Positions 1 through 9,336 of a DNA stretch of 27,076 bases are shown in pieces; position 1 is the stretch's first letter; each line of letters opens with the position of its first letter. The notes beneath the pieces were generated by a model, which was not told the origin of the DNA, did not search any database, and worked only from the letters and a program-made list of their open reading frames with translations. Where the stretch lies: assembly GCA_964354945.1 (NCBI GenBank), contig CAYHCN010000001.1:1-27076 (forward strand), given 5' to 3'. The position numbers and the translations under genes were made by a program. This stretch comes from an uncultured Eubacteriales bacterium. Lineage in GTDB: Bacteria; Actinomycetota; Coriobacteriia; Anaerosomatales; CAVXGS01.

Positions 1-1
1 C

Positions 2-778
2 GGTGTCGCGTATCGCCACATCCTCGTGGTCAGCCACCATGCTGAGCTGCTGGAGGGCCAGTACACCCCACCGCACGACATCTCCGACAAGCCGTACGCG
101 CCGCATCTCCCCAGCGGAGAAGGCACTCAGCTGCTGCTCGACCTGATGGACCGCGCCCGCGAGGTGCTCGCGGCGAGCGAGACGAACCGGAGGCGGATCG
201 CGTCGCGGAAGCTTCCGGCGACCGACGTATGGCCGTTCTGGCCAGGAGTCGCCCCGACGGGGCTCGTGCCGTTTCTGCAGTGCCATGGCGTGAGCGCGGC
301 GATGACCAGCGGGGTGGACCTCCTGAACGGCCTCGCGACGCTCTTCGGCATCTCGCGGCTCGACATCCCCGGTGTGACCGACGGCCCCGATAACGACTAC
401 GCTGCTCAGGCCGCTGGCGCTCTCGCCGCGCTCGAGGAGCACGAGCTCGTCGTCGTCCACGTCGAATCCCCCGACGAGGAGGGCCACGCCGGCGACACCC
501 TGGGCAAGATCCGTGCGATCGAGGAGATCGACCGCCACGTCGTGTCTCGTTTCGCCGAGCACGGCGGCGACATCCGCATCCTCGCCATGCCCGACCATCC
601 CACGCCGATCGCGATCAAGACCCACACCGCCGACCTCGTTCCCTTCGTGCTGTGGGGCCAGGGCGTGGAGCCGAATCGCGGCGAGTCCTTCTGCGAAGCT
701 GCCGCCGAGGCGACCGAGTACGTGGTGGACCCGGGACGTGAAGTGATGGAGCTCCTGCTCGAGGAGATCGACGAGTAG
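2..778 (+). CDS. apgM: Cofactor-independent phosphoglycerate mutase, archaeal-type (5'-truncated by window edge)
   Basis: The frame is open from base 2 (GVAYRHILV). It has the metal-binding motifs HVESPDEEGHAGD and PDHPTP..KTH..D.VPF typical of ApgM. Confidence 0.85.
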   Translation, partial: GVAYRHILVVSHHAELLEGQYTPPHDISDKPYAPHLPSGEGTQLLLDLMDRAREVLAASETNRRRIASRKLPATDVWPFWPGVAPTGLVPFLQCHGVSAAMTSGVDLLNGLATLFGISRLDIPGVTDGPDNDYAAQAAGALAALEEHELVVVHVESPDEEGHAGDTLGKIRAIEEIDRHVVSRFAEHGGDIRILAMPDHPTPIAIKTHTADLVPFVLWGQGVEPNRGESFCEAAAEATEYVVDPGREVMELLLEEIDE

Positions 779-823
779 GCGTGCGGGGCGTGCCGGCAGC
801 GGGCCGGTGCCTCGCAGCCGGCC

Positions 824-1813
824 CTAGCGCTGCGCGTCCAGGAACTCCCTGACGCGGGCTGCGAACTCCGCGGGTCGTTCTTCGTGCGGGATATGTCCCG
901 TCCTCGGGAACACCACGAGCTGCGCTCCGGGTATCTCGGCAGCGACGCGCTCGATCGAGTCCACCGCGACGATCCGATCCTCGGCCCCGGCGATCACGAG
1001 CGTCGGCACGCCGATAGAGCCGAGGCGACCGGCGACATCCAGGTCCCTCGGCGCGGCGGTGAACTCCCACAGCGCCTTGTCCCAGTCCCTTGCCTTCAGC
1101 GGATAGCGGTAGCCCGCCAGCACGTCGGTGGTGACCTTCGACGGGTCGAAGAACGCACGCCGAACGAACGCATCCCCCTGGGGTCCCGCAAGCCGACGGG
1201 CGATCAGAGGACCTATTCGGCGCATCTGGGGCGTCCTGAGCAGGGGGGAGAGCGCACTCGAAACGCCCCTTGTGGCGAAGATCGCGGGGTCTTCGAGCAC
1301 GAGCGCCTCGACGCGATCGGGGTGCTGCTCAGTCACCGCCGCCGCAACCAGCCCGCCTGCCGAATGACCCACCAGCGTTGCGCGCTCGACTCCAAGCGCG
1401 TCCATCAGCTCCACCGTCTGCACGGTAGACGCGGAGAGTGCGTAGGGATTGACTTTGGCCGAGAACGAGCCCGGCAGCGGTCTCTCGGTGAGGCCGAAAG
1501 CCGGACGGTCGAACGCGATCACGCGGGCGTCCGATGAGAGCAACTCGAACTGGTCCCGCCACGAGAACGTCGACGCTCCGAAGCCGTGGAGCAGCAAGAT
1601 TGTACGGCTCGCATTGGCGCTCCCGCGCTCGCGGTAGGCGAACCGCACGCCGTCGACCTCCACGAACTTGTCGCCCGCGCGGGCGAGCGCCGGCGGTTCG
1701 GCCGTCCCCTCGAGCGCGGGCACGGGCCACACGAGGGGAACGACCAGCACGAGCGCGACGAACACGGCGGCCGCGATCCCGACGACGCGCCAGATCCGGC
1801 CCGCTCGGCTCAT
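824..1813 (-). CDS. Alpha/beta hydrolase with N-terminal membrane anchor or signal
   Basis: LLHGFGAS oxyanion motif, GHSAGG nucleophile elbow, GAEDRIV Asp and GHIPHEE His. It has a hydrophobic N-terminus (VVGIAAAVFVALVLVV) and an ATGA overlap with the upstream paralog. Confidence 0.88.
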   Translation of the reverse strand: MSRAGRIWRVVGIAAAVFVALVLVVPLVWPVPALEGTAEPPALARAGDKFVEVDGVRFAYRERGSANASRTILLLHGFGASTFSWRDQFELLSSDARVIAFDRPAFGLTERPLPGSFSAKVNPYALSASTVQTVELMDALGVERATLVGHSAGGLVAAAVTEQHPDRVEALVLEDPAIFATRGVSSALSPLLRTPQMRRIGPLIARRLAGPQGDAFVRRAFFDPSKVTTDVLAGYRYPLKARDWDKALWEFTAAPRDLDVAGRLGSIGVPTLVIAGAEDRIVAVDSIERVAAEIPGAQLVVFPRTGHIPHEERPAEFAARVREFLDAQR

Positions 1814-2724
1814 CGCCGGCGCTCGGGACGCGACAGCCGTCCGATCGCTCGCTGGACCGCCTCGGGTCGCTCCTCGTGCAGGTTGTGCCCCGTGCCTTCC
1901 ACCAGCTCGAAGATGGCCCCGGGAATCTCATCGGCCACGCGCTTCGTGATCTCGGGCTTGAGGACCTTGTCCTGTGCACCGGCCAGCACGATGGTCGGCA
2001 CGCTGATGTCGCCGAGCCGCCCAGCGGGCATCTCGGGCTGCGGCGCGATGCTGAACTCCCACAGGCCGCGCCAGAAGCCCGGAAGCGCGAACTGATCCTC
2101 GTACTCGCGTCGCGTATTAGGCGGGACAGCATCGTCGGTGGCGTAGAGGGAGCGCAGCAGCCGATCCTTCCCCAGCCCGAATCCTGCGGAAAGCAGCTTT
2201 GGTCCGGCCCACATGCCGCCCTTGGAGGCGGCGAGCCGGAGGAGCCAGTCGGGGTACTGCCTGACCTGCGGGATGCCGTAGACGCCTGGGTTGATCAGGA
2301 CCAAGCCGATGACGAGGTGGGGGTGGCGCAGCGCGAACTCCGCGGCGACGGCTCCGCCCAGCGAGTGACCCACGATGAACGCCCGCTGGACGCCGATCAG
2401 TTCGAGCAGGTGCGCACCGAGGTCGGCCGACCCAGCAACGGTGTAAGGGTTGATGGAGGTCTCCCACGTGCCGTGCTCGGGTCGCTCGGTGAGCCCGAAT
2501 CCGGGGCGGTCGAATGCGATGGTCGCTCGCGGCTGCAAGTCGCGCATGAGCGGAAGCCAGTACCACGTCGCAGCCAAGAACCCGTGGAAGAAGACGACCG
2601 GCCGCGGACGCTTGGGGCGAAGGTCCTCACCGGAGCGGACGTAGTGCACCAGAACGCCGTCGACGTCGACGAGCGACTCGGAGAACGGCGGTCTGTCGGC
2701 GGTCGGTATCGGTTCGGCAGCCAT
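1810..2724 (-). CDS. Alpha/beta hydrolase, cytoplasmic paralog
   Basis: FFHGFLA, AFDRPGFGLTERP, GHSLGG, GAQDKVL, GHNLHEE. No hydrophobic N-terminus. Confidence 0.88.
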   Translation of the reverse strand: MAAEPIPTADRPPFSESLVDVDGVLVHYVRSGEDLRPKRPRPVVFFHGFLAATWYWLPLMRDLQPRATIAFDRPGFGLTERPEHGTWETSINPYTVAGSADLGAHLLELIGVQRAFIVGHSLGGAVAAEFALRHPHLVIGLVLINPGVYGIPQVRQYPDWLLRLAASKGGMWAGPKLLSAGFGLGKDRLLRSLYATDDAVPPNTRREYEDQFALPGFWRGLWEFSIAPQPEMPAGRLGDISVPTIVLAGAQDKVLKPEITKRVADEIPGAIFELVEGTGHNLHEERPEAVQRAIGRLSRPERRR

Positions 2725-2730
2725 GGACTG

Positions 2731-2736
2731 AGGATA
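2731..2736 (-). promoter_or_regulatory. Candidate -10 box (TATCCT) of a leaderless transcript
   Basis: The TAnnnT hexamer lies 6 nt upstream of the ATG at 2724, with no SD sequence between them. Confidence 0.5.
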
Positions 2737-2748
2737 CCCGCCGAATCG

Positions 2749-3348
2749 TCAGATCTTGCCGACCAGGATGCGACCCAGCGACGTGGCCTTGTCCCGCTCC
2801 CACTCGTCGAAGGGGTGCGAACGCCATCCGGAGGCGACAAAGAGCGACCCCACGGTCTTGATGCCACCGGCGCTGAGTGCGTGTCGCAGCTGGCGTACGG
2901 GACCCGTCGAGTAGCCGAAGAACGTGGCCAACGGTTCGGGGACGGAGCATGCCGTGATGACGACTGCACGCCTCACGCTGCACGCGGTCGGGGTCCGAGG
3001 GACGTTGACCCCGGGGAGCCTGAGCTGCCCGTTGTCGCCAAAGTACCCCTCGAGGCGGTCGAGGATCGCCTGGGTGGCATCGTCTGCCCGCCGGAAGTAG
3101 GAGGGCGTCCCGAAGATGACCCCGTCGGCCTCGGTGATACGACGAACCAGCTCGGGCAGGTCGTCCTCGGTCTTGCAGGTGCCGGTGGTGTGACACCAGT
3201 TGCAGCCGGTGCAGTACCGGATGTCGAGGTCGTGCAGCCGTACCCACTCGACCTCGGCGCCTGCGGCCTCGGCTGCCCCGGCTGTCGCTTCGACCGACAG
3301 GGACACCACGCCCCGGCGGGGACTCGCATCGATGGCAAGGATCCGCAT
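2749..3348 (-). CDS. Iron-sulfur flavoprotein / NAD(P)H-dependent FMN reductase (flavodoxin-like, Isf family)
   Basis: The start is re-called to MRILAIDASPRRG. It has CTGCNWCHTTGTC (CX2CX2CX5C) and ADGVIFGTPSY. The ORF-track extension to 3720 overlaps the PadR gene. Confidence 0.85.
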   Translation of the reverse strand: MRILAIDASPRRGVVSLSVEATAGAAEAAGAEVEWVRLHDLDIRYCTGCNWCHTTGTCKTEDDLPELVRRITEADGVIFGTPSYFRRADDATQAILDRLEGYFGDNGQLRLPGVNVPRTPTACSVRRAVVITACSVPEPLATFFGYSTGPVRQLRHALSAGGIKTVGSLFVASGWRSHPFDEWERDKATSLGRILVGKI

Positions 3349-3383
3349 GTCTGCTGCCGTCCTCTCTGCGGCCTTCTCGGCCG

Positions 3384-3965
3384 CTACGCGCCCTCTGAGG
3401 GGAGCGCTGTGGGAGCGGGCGCCGGAAGCGAGCGCGCCTCGACCATCTCGATGCAGTCGTCCAACCAGTCGATCACCGCGCGCTGCTCGACGATCGCGCC
3501 GTCGAGCGCCATCGCCCGCAGCGGCCGCTCGCGTCCCGGCGCGTTGCTCCGCAGCGTGTCGGTCGCCTCCGCTCGCAAGGAGTCGAGTCGCCCCTGATGC
3601 CCATCGCGCCTCGCCCTCAGTACGTCGAGCAGCTCGACGTCTAGGAGACCAGCTCCGAAGTAGAGGTGGAGAAGGAACGCCTCGCGCGGCGACGGGAGTG
3701 GCTCGGGCGAGGCCAGCCATCGATGGAGCTCGGCGAGGCCCGCCTCGGTGATCGAGAAGAGCTTGCGGTCCGGTCTCGCCGACTGGCGCTTGCGTCTCAG
3801 TCGGACGAGCCCGGCGCCCTGGAGCCGGTCGAGAGTGCGGTAGATCTGGGCCTGATCCGCCGTCCAGAGGGACCGTGCGTCGGTGTCGAAACAGCGCGTC
3901 TTGAGGTCGTAGCCCGACCGCTCCCGCTCAGAGAGGAATCCGAGTATCGCGTAGTCCAGCGACAA
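3384..3965 (-). CDS. PadR-family transcriptional regulator (with C-terminal AphA-like helical domain)
   Basis: TTG start gives MSLDYAILGFL. It has SGYDLK, QIYRTLDRL and RKLFSITEAG winged-helix motifs. Confidence 0.9.
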   Translation of the reverse strand: MSLDYAILGFLSERERSGYDLKTRCFDTDARSLWTADQAQIYRTLDRLQGAGLVRLRRKRQSARPDRKLFSITEAGLAELHRWLASPEPLPSPREAFLLHLYFGAGLLDVELLDVLRARRDGHQGRLDSLRAEATDTLRSNAPGRERPLRAMALDGAIVEQRAVIDWLDDCIEMVEARSLPAPAPTALPSEGA

Positions 3966-3988
3966 GCGTTCAGGGGCCCTTTCGGTTG

Positions 3989-4032
3989 ATATACGACGTA
4001 ACAAATATATGTCAAAACATATATAACGGCAA
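3989..4032 (-). promoter_or_regulatory. Sigma70-type promoter (TTGCCG-N17-TATATT) overlapped by palindromic operator(s)
   Basis: The -35 is at 4027-4032 and the -10 at 4004-4009 on the minus strand. A perfect palindrome ATATATGT-caaa-ACATATAT is at 4005-4024, with a 15/20 copy at 3989-4008. The segment is an AT-rich island in GC-rich DNA. Confidence 0.7.
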
Positions 4033-4147
4033 GTGCTGTCAAGTAAAGGTCGAGGTCGTGATGGAAAGCGCAGTTCAGGACGGCAGGAGAGGCCTCAAGC
4101 CAGACTCAAGGCGGAGGATTCGCCGCAGCGAGGAACGAACTAGAGTC

Positions 4148-5938
4148 TCAGTCCTCGAACTGGGCGGCGTGAAGCGCGGCGAAGGGGCCGTTCGCCGCGA
4201 GGAGGTCGGCGTACGATCCGTCCTCGACGACCCGACCGTCATCGATCACGACGATCCGGTCGGCGTCCCGCACGGTCGACAGCCGGTGGGCGATGATCAG
4301 CGCGGTCCGGCCCGCTAGGATCTGCCTCAGCCCCTGCTGGATGAGGACTTCGGTGCGCGTGTCGACCGATGAGGTCGCCTCGTCGAGGATGAGGATCGCG
4401 GGGTCAGCCAAGACCGCGCGGGCGAAGGCGATGAGTTGGCGCTGCCCTGTCGAGAGCGTCGAGCCGCGTTCGCCGACTTGGGTTTCGAAGCCGTTCGGGA
4501 GTTGCTCGATGAAGTCGAGGGCGCGCGCAGCCTCGGCCGCCCGGCGGAGCTGCTCGTCAGAGGCGTCCAGGCGACCGTATCGGACGTTCTCGGCTACGGT
4601 GCCGGCGAACAGGAACGGCTCCTGAAGCACGATGCCGAGGTGGCTGCGCAGTGATTCCATGCGGATGTTGCGGACGTCGATACCGTCGACGAGCACGCGG
4701 CCGTCCACGGGGTCGTAGAAGCGGGGGACGAGGTTCACGAGCGTCGTCTTGCCTGCGCCCGTCTTGCCGACCACCGCGAGCGTGGTGCCCGGCTCGATCG
4801 CGAGCGTGACGTCGTGAAGCACCTCAGCTCCGGTGGCGTACCGGAAGTACACGTGCTCGTACTCGAGGCGCCCGGCGATCTCGCGTATGTCGCGGGCCTC
4901 GGGGCTGTCGGCGACGGTCAAGGGCGTGTCGATCAGCTGGAACACGCGTTCGCCGCCCGCCAGGGCGGCTTGGGTGTCCGCGTACAGAGACGAGAGCTGG
5001 GTGACCGTCGAGAAGAACTGGCGGGCGTAGCCGAAGAACGCCACGACGACGCCGATCGACACCGCACCCCGCGCGGCCATGTAGCCGCCGAACGCGGCGA
5101 CGAGGGCGGTCGCGGCTGCCGAGATGACGGAGAGCACCGGGGAGAACGCAGACGACACCGTCGCCGCGCCGACGTTCGCGTCGCGGTTCTCGGCGTTGCG
5201 CTGCGAGAACTGCTCGCGGTTGCGGGTGGTGCGGTCGAACGCCTGGGCGACCTTGATCCCGGCGAGCTCCTCGGCAAGCGTCGAGGAGACGTCGCTGATG
5301 GTCTCCTGACGACGTCGGAACGCTTGACGAGCCACGAAGCCGAACAACCGGGAGACCAGGTACATCACCGGCACCACGAGCAACGTCACCGCGGCAAGCC
5401 GCGGATTCACCCACAGCATCGCGATGAGCGTGGCGATCAGGCCGAACAGCGATCCCAGCAGGCGTCGGAAGCCCTGCGAGAGGAACGAGTTCACCTGTTG
5501 AACGTCGTTGATCAGCCGAGACATCAGGTCGCCGGACTCGTTCGACTCGAAGAACGCGACGGGCATGCGCTGCAGGGTGCCGAATACCTGACCCCTGAGG
5601 TCGTAGAGGGCGTTCTGGCCGGCCGCGCCCAGCAGCAGGATCTGCTGGCGCTGGGCGAACCACGCGAACAGGGATGCGAACACGAGCGCAACGGCGGGGA
5701 GCGCGAGGGGCGCGAGCGACTTCGTGGTCGACGCGGACTGGACTGCGGCGTCCACGAGCATGCCCGTCAGGGCGGGGGTGGCTGCCGTCGCCATCGACGT
5801 CGCTGCGAGCCACGCGATCGCCCAGCCGACCGTCCACTTGAACGGTGAGAAGTAGCCGAGCATTCGCAGCACGACCTGCCGCGTTGAGGCGGGGCGCTCG
5901 TCTTTGGCGAGGGACTTCAGCGAGGCGCCGTGTGCCAT
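4148..5938 (-). CDS. ABC exporter, fused TMD-NBD, consensus-catalytic subunit (TM288/LmrD-like)
   Basis: Walker A GKTGAGKT, signature LSTGQRQL, Walker B ILDEATS and switch IAHRLS. The N-terminal half is multi-TM. Confidence 0.93.
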   Translation of the reverse strand: MAHGASLKSLAKDERPASTRQVVLRMLGYFSPFKWTVGWAIAWLAATSMATAATPALTGMLVDAAVQSASTTKSLAPLALPAVALVFASLFAWFAQRQQILLLGAAGQNALYDLRGQVFGTLQRMPVAFFESNESGDLMSRLINDVQQVNSFLSQGFRRLLGSLFGLIATLIAMLWVNPRLAAVTLLVVPVMYLVSRLFGFVARQAFRRRQETISDVSSTLAEELAGIKVAQAFDRTTRNREQFSQRNAENRDANVGAATVSSAFSPVLSVISAAATALVAAFGGYMAARGAVSIGVVVAFFGYARQFFSTVTQLSSLYADTQAALAGGERVFQLIDTPLTVADSPEARDIREIAGRLEYEHVYFRYATGAEVLHDVTLAIEPGTTLAVVGKTGAGKTTLVNLVPRFYDPVDGRVLVDGIDVRNIRMESLRSHLGIVLQEPFLFAGTVAENVRYGRLDASDEQLRRAAEAARALDFIEQLPNGFETQVGERGSTLSTGQRQLIAFARAVLADPAILILDEATSSVDTRTEVLIQQGLRQILAGRTALIIAHRLSTVRDADRIVVIDDGRVVEDGSYADLLAANGPFAALHAAQFED

Positions 5939-7725
5939 CAGCCGTCGCCCCCCGGCACGTCCTCGAGCTCGCAGGCGCCCGTCACGTCGATCGACTCGCC
6001 GCCCACGAGCTGGCTAGCGGCGATCTCGGCGTACAGGCAGTTCGTGTCGAGGAGCTCATCGTGGGTCCCCGTCGCCACCACTTGGCCGTTCTCGACGACC
6101 ACGACGAGGTCGGCACGGCGGGCGGTGGACAGGCGCTGGGCGATGACAAGGGTCGTGCGCCCCTCCATCAGGCTGTCGAGCTGGAGGCGTAGCGCTGCCT
6201 CGGTCGCCGAGTCCACCGACGAGGTCGCGTCATCCATGATCAGCACGCGGGGGTCGATGAGCAGGGCGCGAGCGATGGCGACGCGCTGACGCTGGCCGCC
6301 GGAGAGCTTCACGCCGCGCTCGCCGACACGGGTGTCGTAGCCCTCGGGAAGGCCGCGTACGAAGTCGTCAGCCTGAGCAGCGCGGGCAGCGGCGATGACC
6401 TCATCGAGGTGCGCGTCGGGCCGTCCGTACGCAATGTTCTCCCGCACCGAGCCGCTGAACAGCACCGACTCTTGCATCACGATGCCGATCTGACTTCGCA
6501 GGGACGATAGGGCCACGTCGCGCACGTCAATGCCGTCGATGCGCACCGAGCCCTCGGTGGCGTCATAGAAGCGCGGCACGAGGTTCACGAGCGACGTCTT
6601 GCCCGAGCCCGTAGCGCCGACCACGGCCACAGTGGTCTCGGGTTCGATGGTGAGGGTCACGTCGGAGAGCGTCTCGCGGTCGGCGCCCGGATAGCGAAGC
6701 GAGACGCCATCGAACTCGAGTCGGCCTGCCACGGTGGGCAGGGTGATAGCGTCGGGCTTCTCGACGACGTCGTTGGGCGCGTCGAGGATCTCGAACAGCC
6801 GGTCCGCCGAGGCACCCGCCTGCGCTATGGCCTGCGCACCAAAGCCGAGAGTGAACAGCGGGCCGAGCAGCAGGAAGAGGTAGCTCGTGAACGCGACGAG
6901 TTCGCCGACCTGCATCGTGCCCCGCACGATGAGCACTGCTCCCACCACGCTCACGACGGCGACGCCGATCGAGCCGACGCTGAACAACAGGGGAAACGCG
7001 TTGGCGACGGTCCGCCGCACCACGAGCCCCTGCTCGAGCAGCGAGCGGTTGGCGCGGTCGTAGCGCTCCCCCTCGAAGCGCTCGCGGGCGAATGCCCTCA
7101 CGACCCGCACTCCCGAGACGTTCTCCTGGAGCACCGTGTTCAGCGCACCGAGGCGCTGCTGGTTCTCCCGGAACATCGGACCGAGCTTGCGCACGAACAG
7201 CAGCAGCACGGTGATCGTTGCCGGCACGACGAGGAACGAGACCAACGCCAGGGTGACGTTCATCATCAGCAGCACGACGACGGCCCCTACGAGCAGCAGC
7301 ACCGCCGAGACGGCCTGGACGAGGCCGCCGCCCACGAAGTCGCGGACGAGGTCCACGTCGCTCGTGACCCGGGTGATGAGCTGGCCGGTCTGGGCGCGGT
7401 CGTGCCACGAGAACGAGAGGTCCTGGAGCTTGTCGAAGATCACGTTGCGCATCTCGAACGCGGCTCCGTGACTTGCGCGCGCCGAGAGATACCCCTGCAC
7501 GAAGCTTGCAACGCCGCCGAAGATCGCGACGACCACGAGTAGGATCGAGTTGCGCAGGATCACGCGGAAGTCCTGCTGCTGGATCCCCACGTCGATCAGC
7601 TGGCGCAGCAACTGCGGGCTGATCAGATCGGCCGCCGACGCAAGCAGCACCGCAACGACAGCAAGCGCGGCAACACCGCGGTAGCGGCGTACGAAGGTGA
7701 GCGCGCGGACGAGCGATGACGACAC
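5938..7725 (-). CDS. ABC exporter, fused TMD-NBD, degenerate subunit (TM287/LmrC-like)
   Basis: GATGSGKT, LSGGQRQR, Walker B IMDDATS (E to D) and switch IAQRLS (H to Q). GTG start with AGGAAG RBS, and a TGATG overlap with its partner. Confidence 0.93.
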   Translation of the reverse strand: MSSSLVRALTFVRRYRGVAALAVVAVLLASAADLISPQLLRQLIDVGIQQQDFRVILRNSILLVVVAIFGGVASFVQGYLSARASHGAAFEMRNVIFDKLQDLSFSWHDRAQTGQLITRVTSDVDLVRDFVGGGLVQAVSAVLLLVGAVVVLLMMNVTLALVSFLVVPATITVLLLFVRKLGPMFRENQQRLGALNTVLQENVSGVRVVRAFARERFEGERYDRANRSLLEQGLVVRRTVANAFPLLFSVGSIGVAVVSVVGAVLIVRGTMQVGELVAFTSYLFLLLGPLFTLGFGAQAIAQAGASADRLFEILDAPNDVVEKPDAITLPTVAGRLEFDGVSLRYPGADRETLSDVTLTIEPETTVAVVGATGSGKTSLVNLVPRFYDATEGSVRIDGIDVRDVALSSLRSQIGIVMQESVLFSGSVRENIAYGRPDAHLDEVIAAARAAQADDFVRGLPEGYDTRVGERGVKLSGGQRQRVAIARALLIDPRVLIMDDATSSVDSATEAALRLQLDSLMEGRTTLVIAQRLSTARRADLVVVVENGQVVATGTHDELLDTNCLYAEIAASQLVGGESIDVTGACELEDVPGGDG

Positions 7726-7816
7726 GGGCGGTCTTCCTGGAACGCAGGGATATCGCGGTGGGCTGGCGGATGCCGTCAGAGGCGCACGGCCGTCCCCGAT
7801 TCTACCCGCTCACGCA

Positions 7817-7846
7817 GTGAAGCCCGGCCGCAGGGCCGGGCTTCAC
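7817..7846 (-). terminator. GC-rich hairpin, probable terminator of the SHOCT gene
   Basis: Perfect 13-bp stem GTGAAGCCCGGCC / GGCCGGGCTTCAC with a 4-nt loop, about 48 nt past the stop at 7894. No U-tract. Confidence 0.6.
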
Positions 7847-7893
7847 GGTGACGTGCAGAGGTCTGGTCGGCAGACGCGCGCGGGGACTACGGG

Positions 7894-8175
7894 CTAGCCC
7901 CGAAGGACGGAGATGATGCGCTCGTAGTCCTCCACTGTGATCTCGCCGCGGGCGAGGCGCTCGCGGGCGATCTTCTCCGCGCCGTCACGCGGGACCGGAA
8001 TCGAACGCCCGGATCCGGCGCTGGCCGGCACCAGCGTCGATCCGGACGTCGACACGCTCTCGCGGTTGGTCATGTTCCATGCGGCCCAGATAGCGAGGCC
8101 GAGAAGAACAGCGGGGGCGATGAGCACAACGACCACCATCCATTTCGCGCACGTCGGGCCGAGGTTCCCAAGCAT
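7894..8175 (-). CDS. Small membrane protein with C-terminal SHOCT domain
   Basis: One TM (VVVVLIAPAVLLGLAIWAAW) and a C-terminal ARERLARGEITVEDYERIISVL. The start is uncertain (8175 or 8139). Confidence 0.75.
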   Translation of the reverse strand: MLGNLGPTCAKWMVVVVLIAPAVLLGLAIWAAWNMTNRESVSTSGSTLVPASAGSGRSIPVPRDGAEKIARERLARGEITVEDYERIISVLRG

Positions 8176-8346
8176 GCGCCGAGTCGAACCTCGCGCATGC
8201 GCCGGACTTGCGTCCGCGAATCCCTCCCGATCTGGTAGGCCGGAGACAGCACGGCGGCGCATCCCCAGCGAACTGAGTCTGACACCCTGTTATGAAGCGA
8301 GGGCGGCGCGGCTGTGGAGGAATCGTGGAGATTGAAGCCGCGGTGG

Positions 8347-9336
8347 CTAGACCTCGCTCGGCTCTGCCGCCAGCTCCGGGGTGTCGATCTCCGCGCCCGG
8401 GCCTGGATGCGCCGGCGGCCTCGTCGGGGCTGATGTCGTGAGGGCGACGCCGGCCACGATCACCGCCATCCCGGCGATCATCGAGACCGTCACCGGCTCG
8501 GCGGGGATGATCCCGAGATGCCCGAACAGCCAGCCGACGAACACTGCGATGACGGGGTTCACGAACGCGTAGGTCATCACCTTGCTCGCGGGGGCGTGCG
8601 CGAGTGCATACGTGAAGGCGGTGAACGCCACGCACGAGCCGAACACCACGAGGTAGGCGAGTGCGGCGAAGCCCTTCGGTGTCATCACCCACTCGCTCCA
8701 CTCGCCAAGCACCGTCCCGAGCGCCACCAGTACGACACCGGCGATGAGCATCTCCCACCCCGTCGCAACGAGGCCGTCCATACCGGTCGGTCGCCGCTTG
8801 GAGTAGATGGACCCGCTGGCCCACAGCCATGTGGCGACGATCTGGATGCCCATGCCCACGACGACGGCCGCACCCACGGCGCCGATCTCGGCGAGCCGAG
8901 GGAGCATCAGGATCGCGAGGCCGGCGAAGCCGAGCACCAGGCCGGCGTAGCCTCGCGCGGTGGGGCGCGCCATGTCGGGCAGCAGCGATTCGGCGAGGGC
9001 GATCCACAGCGGCAGCAGCGCCACGATGAGCGCGGCGAGACCGGAGGGGATCCGGGTCTCGGCGAGGAAGGTGCCGTACTGACCCCCGACCAGCAGCAGG
9101 ATGCCGACGATAGCCAAGATCCGGAGCTGCGACACCGACGGGTGGAGCGATGCACCGCGCAGCGCCGAGATGGCGAGCAGGATGAGCCCGGCGGGAATCA
9201 GGCGGATGCCCGCGAAGAGCGCCGGTGGTAGCGCCGCATCGAGCCCGACCTTGATGGCGAGGTAGGTCGTGCCCCAGACGATATAGAGGGTCGCGAAGGC
9301 GGCGATGAGCCGGGGCGTCCAGGTCCTCGACGTCAC
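8347..9336 (-). CDS. EamA/DMT family transporter
   Basis: YIVWGTTYLAIK start, about 10 hydrophobic segments, YLVVFGSCVAF and YAFVNPVIAVFVG. Confidence 0.92.
   Translation of the reverse strand: MTSRTWTPRLIAAFATLYIVWGTTYLAIKVGLDAALPPALFAGIRLIPAGLILLAISALRGASLHPSVSQLRILAIVGILLLVGGQYGTFLAETRIPSGLAALIVALLPLWIALAESLLPDMARPTARGYAGLVLGFAGLAILMLPRLAEIGAVGAAVVVGMGIQIVATWLWASGSIYSKRRPTGMDGLVATGWEMLIAGVVLVALGTVLGEWSEWVMTPKGFAALAYLVVFGSCVAFTAFTYALAHAPASKVMTYAFVNPVIAVFVGWLFGHLGIIPAEPVTVSMIAGMAVIVAGVALTTSAPTRPPAHPGPGAEIDTPELAAEPSEV

Noticed and set aside
1534-3597. Long + strand ORF (687 aa) and similar shadow ORFs (10592-12490, 23780-24697, 24707-25771, 884-1537)
   Set aside because: They are antisense to well-supported genes, Arg/Pro/Gly-rich and lack motifs. 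This is expected from high-GC codon bias.
8172-8200. Hairpin GCATGCGC/GCGCATGC covering a possible SHOCT start codon
   Set aside because: The start codon is uncertain and the arms are self-complementary GC-rich words, so chance is likely.
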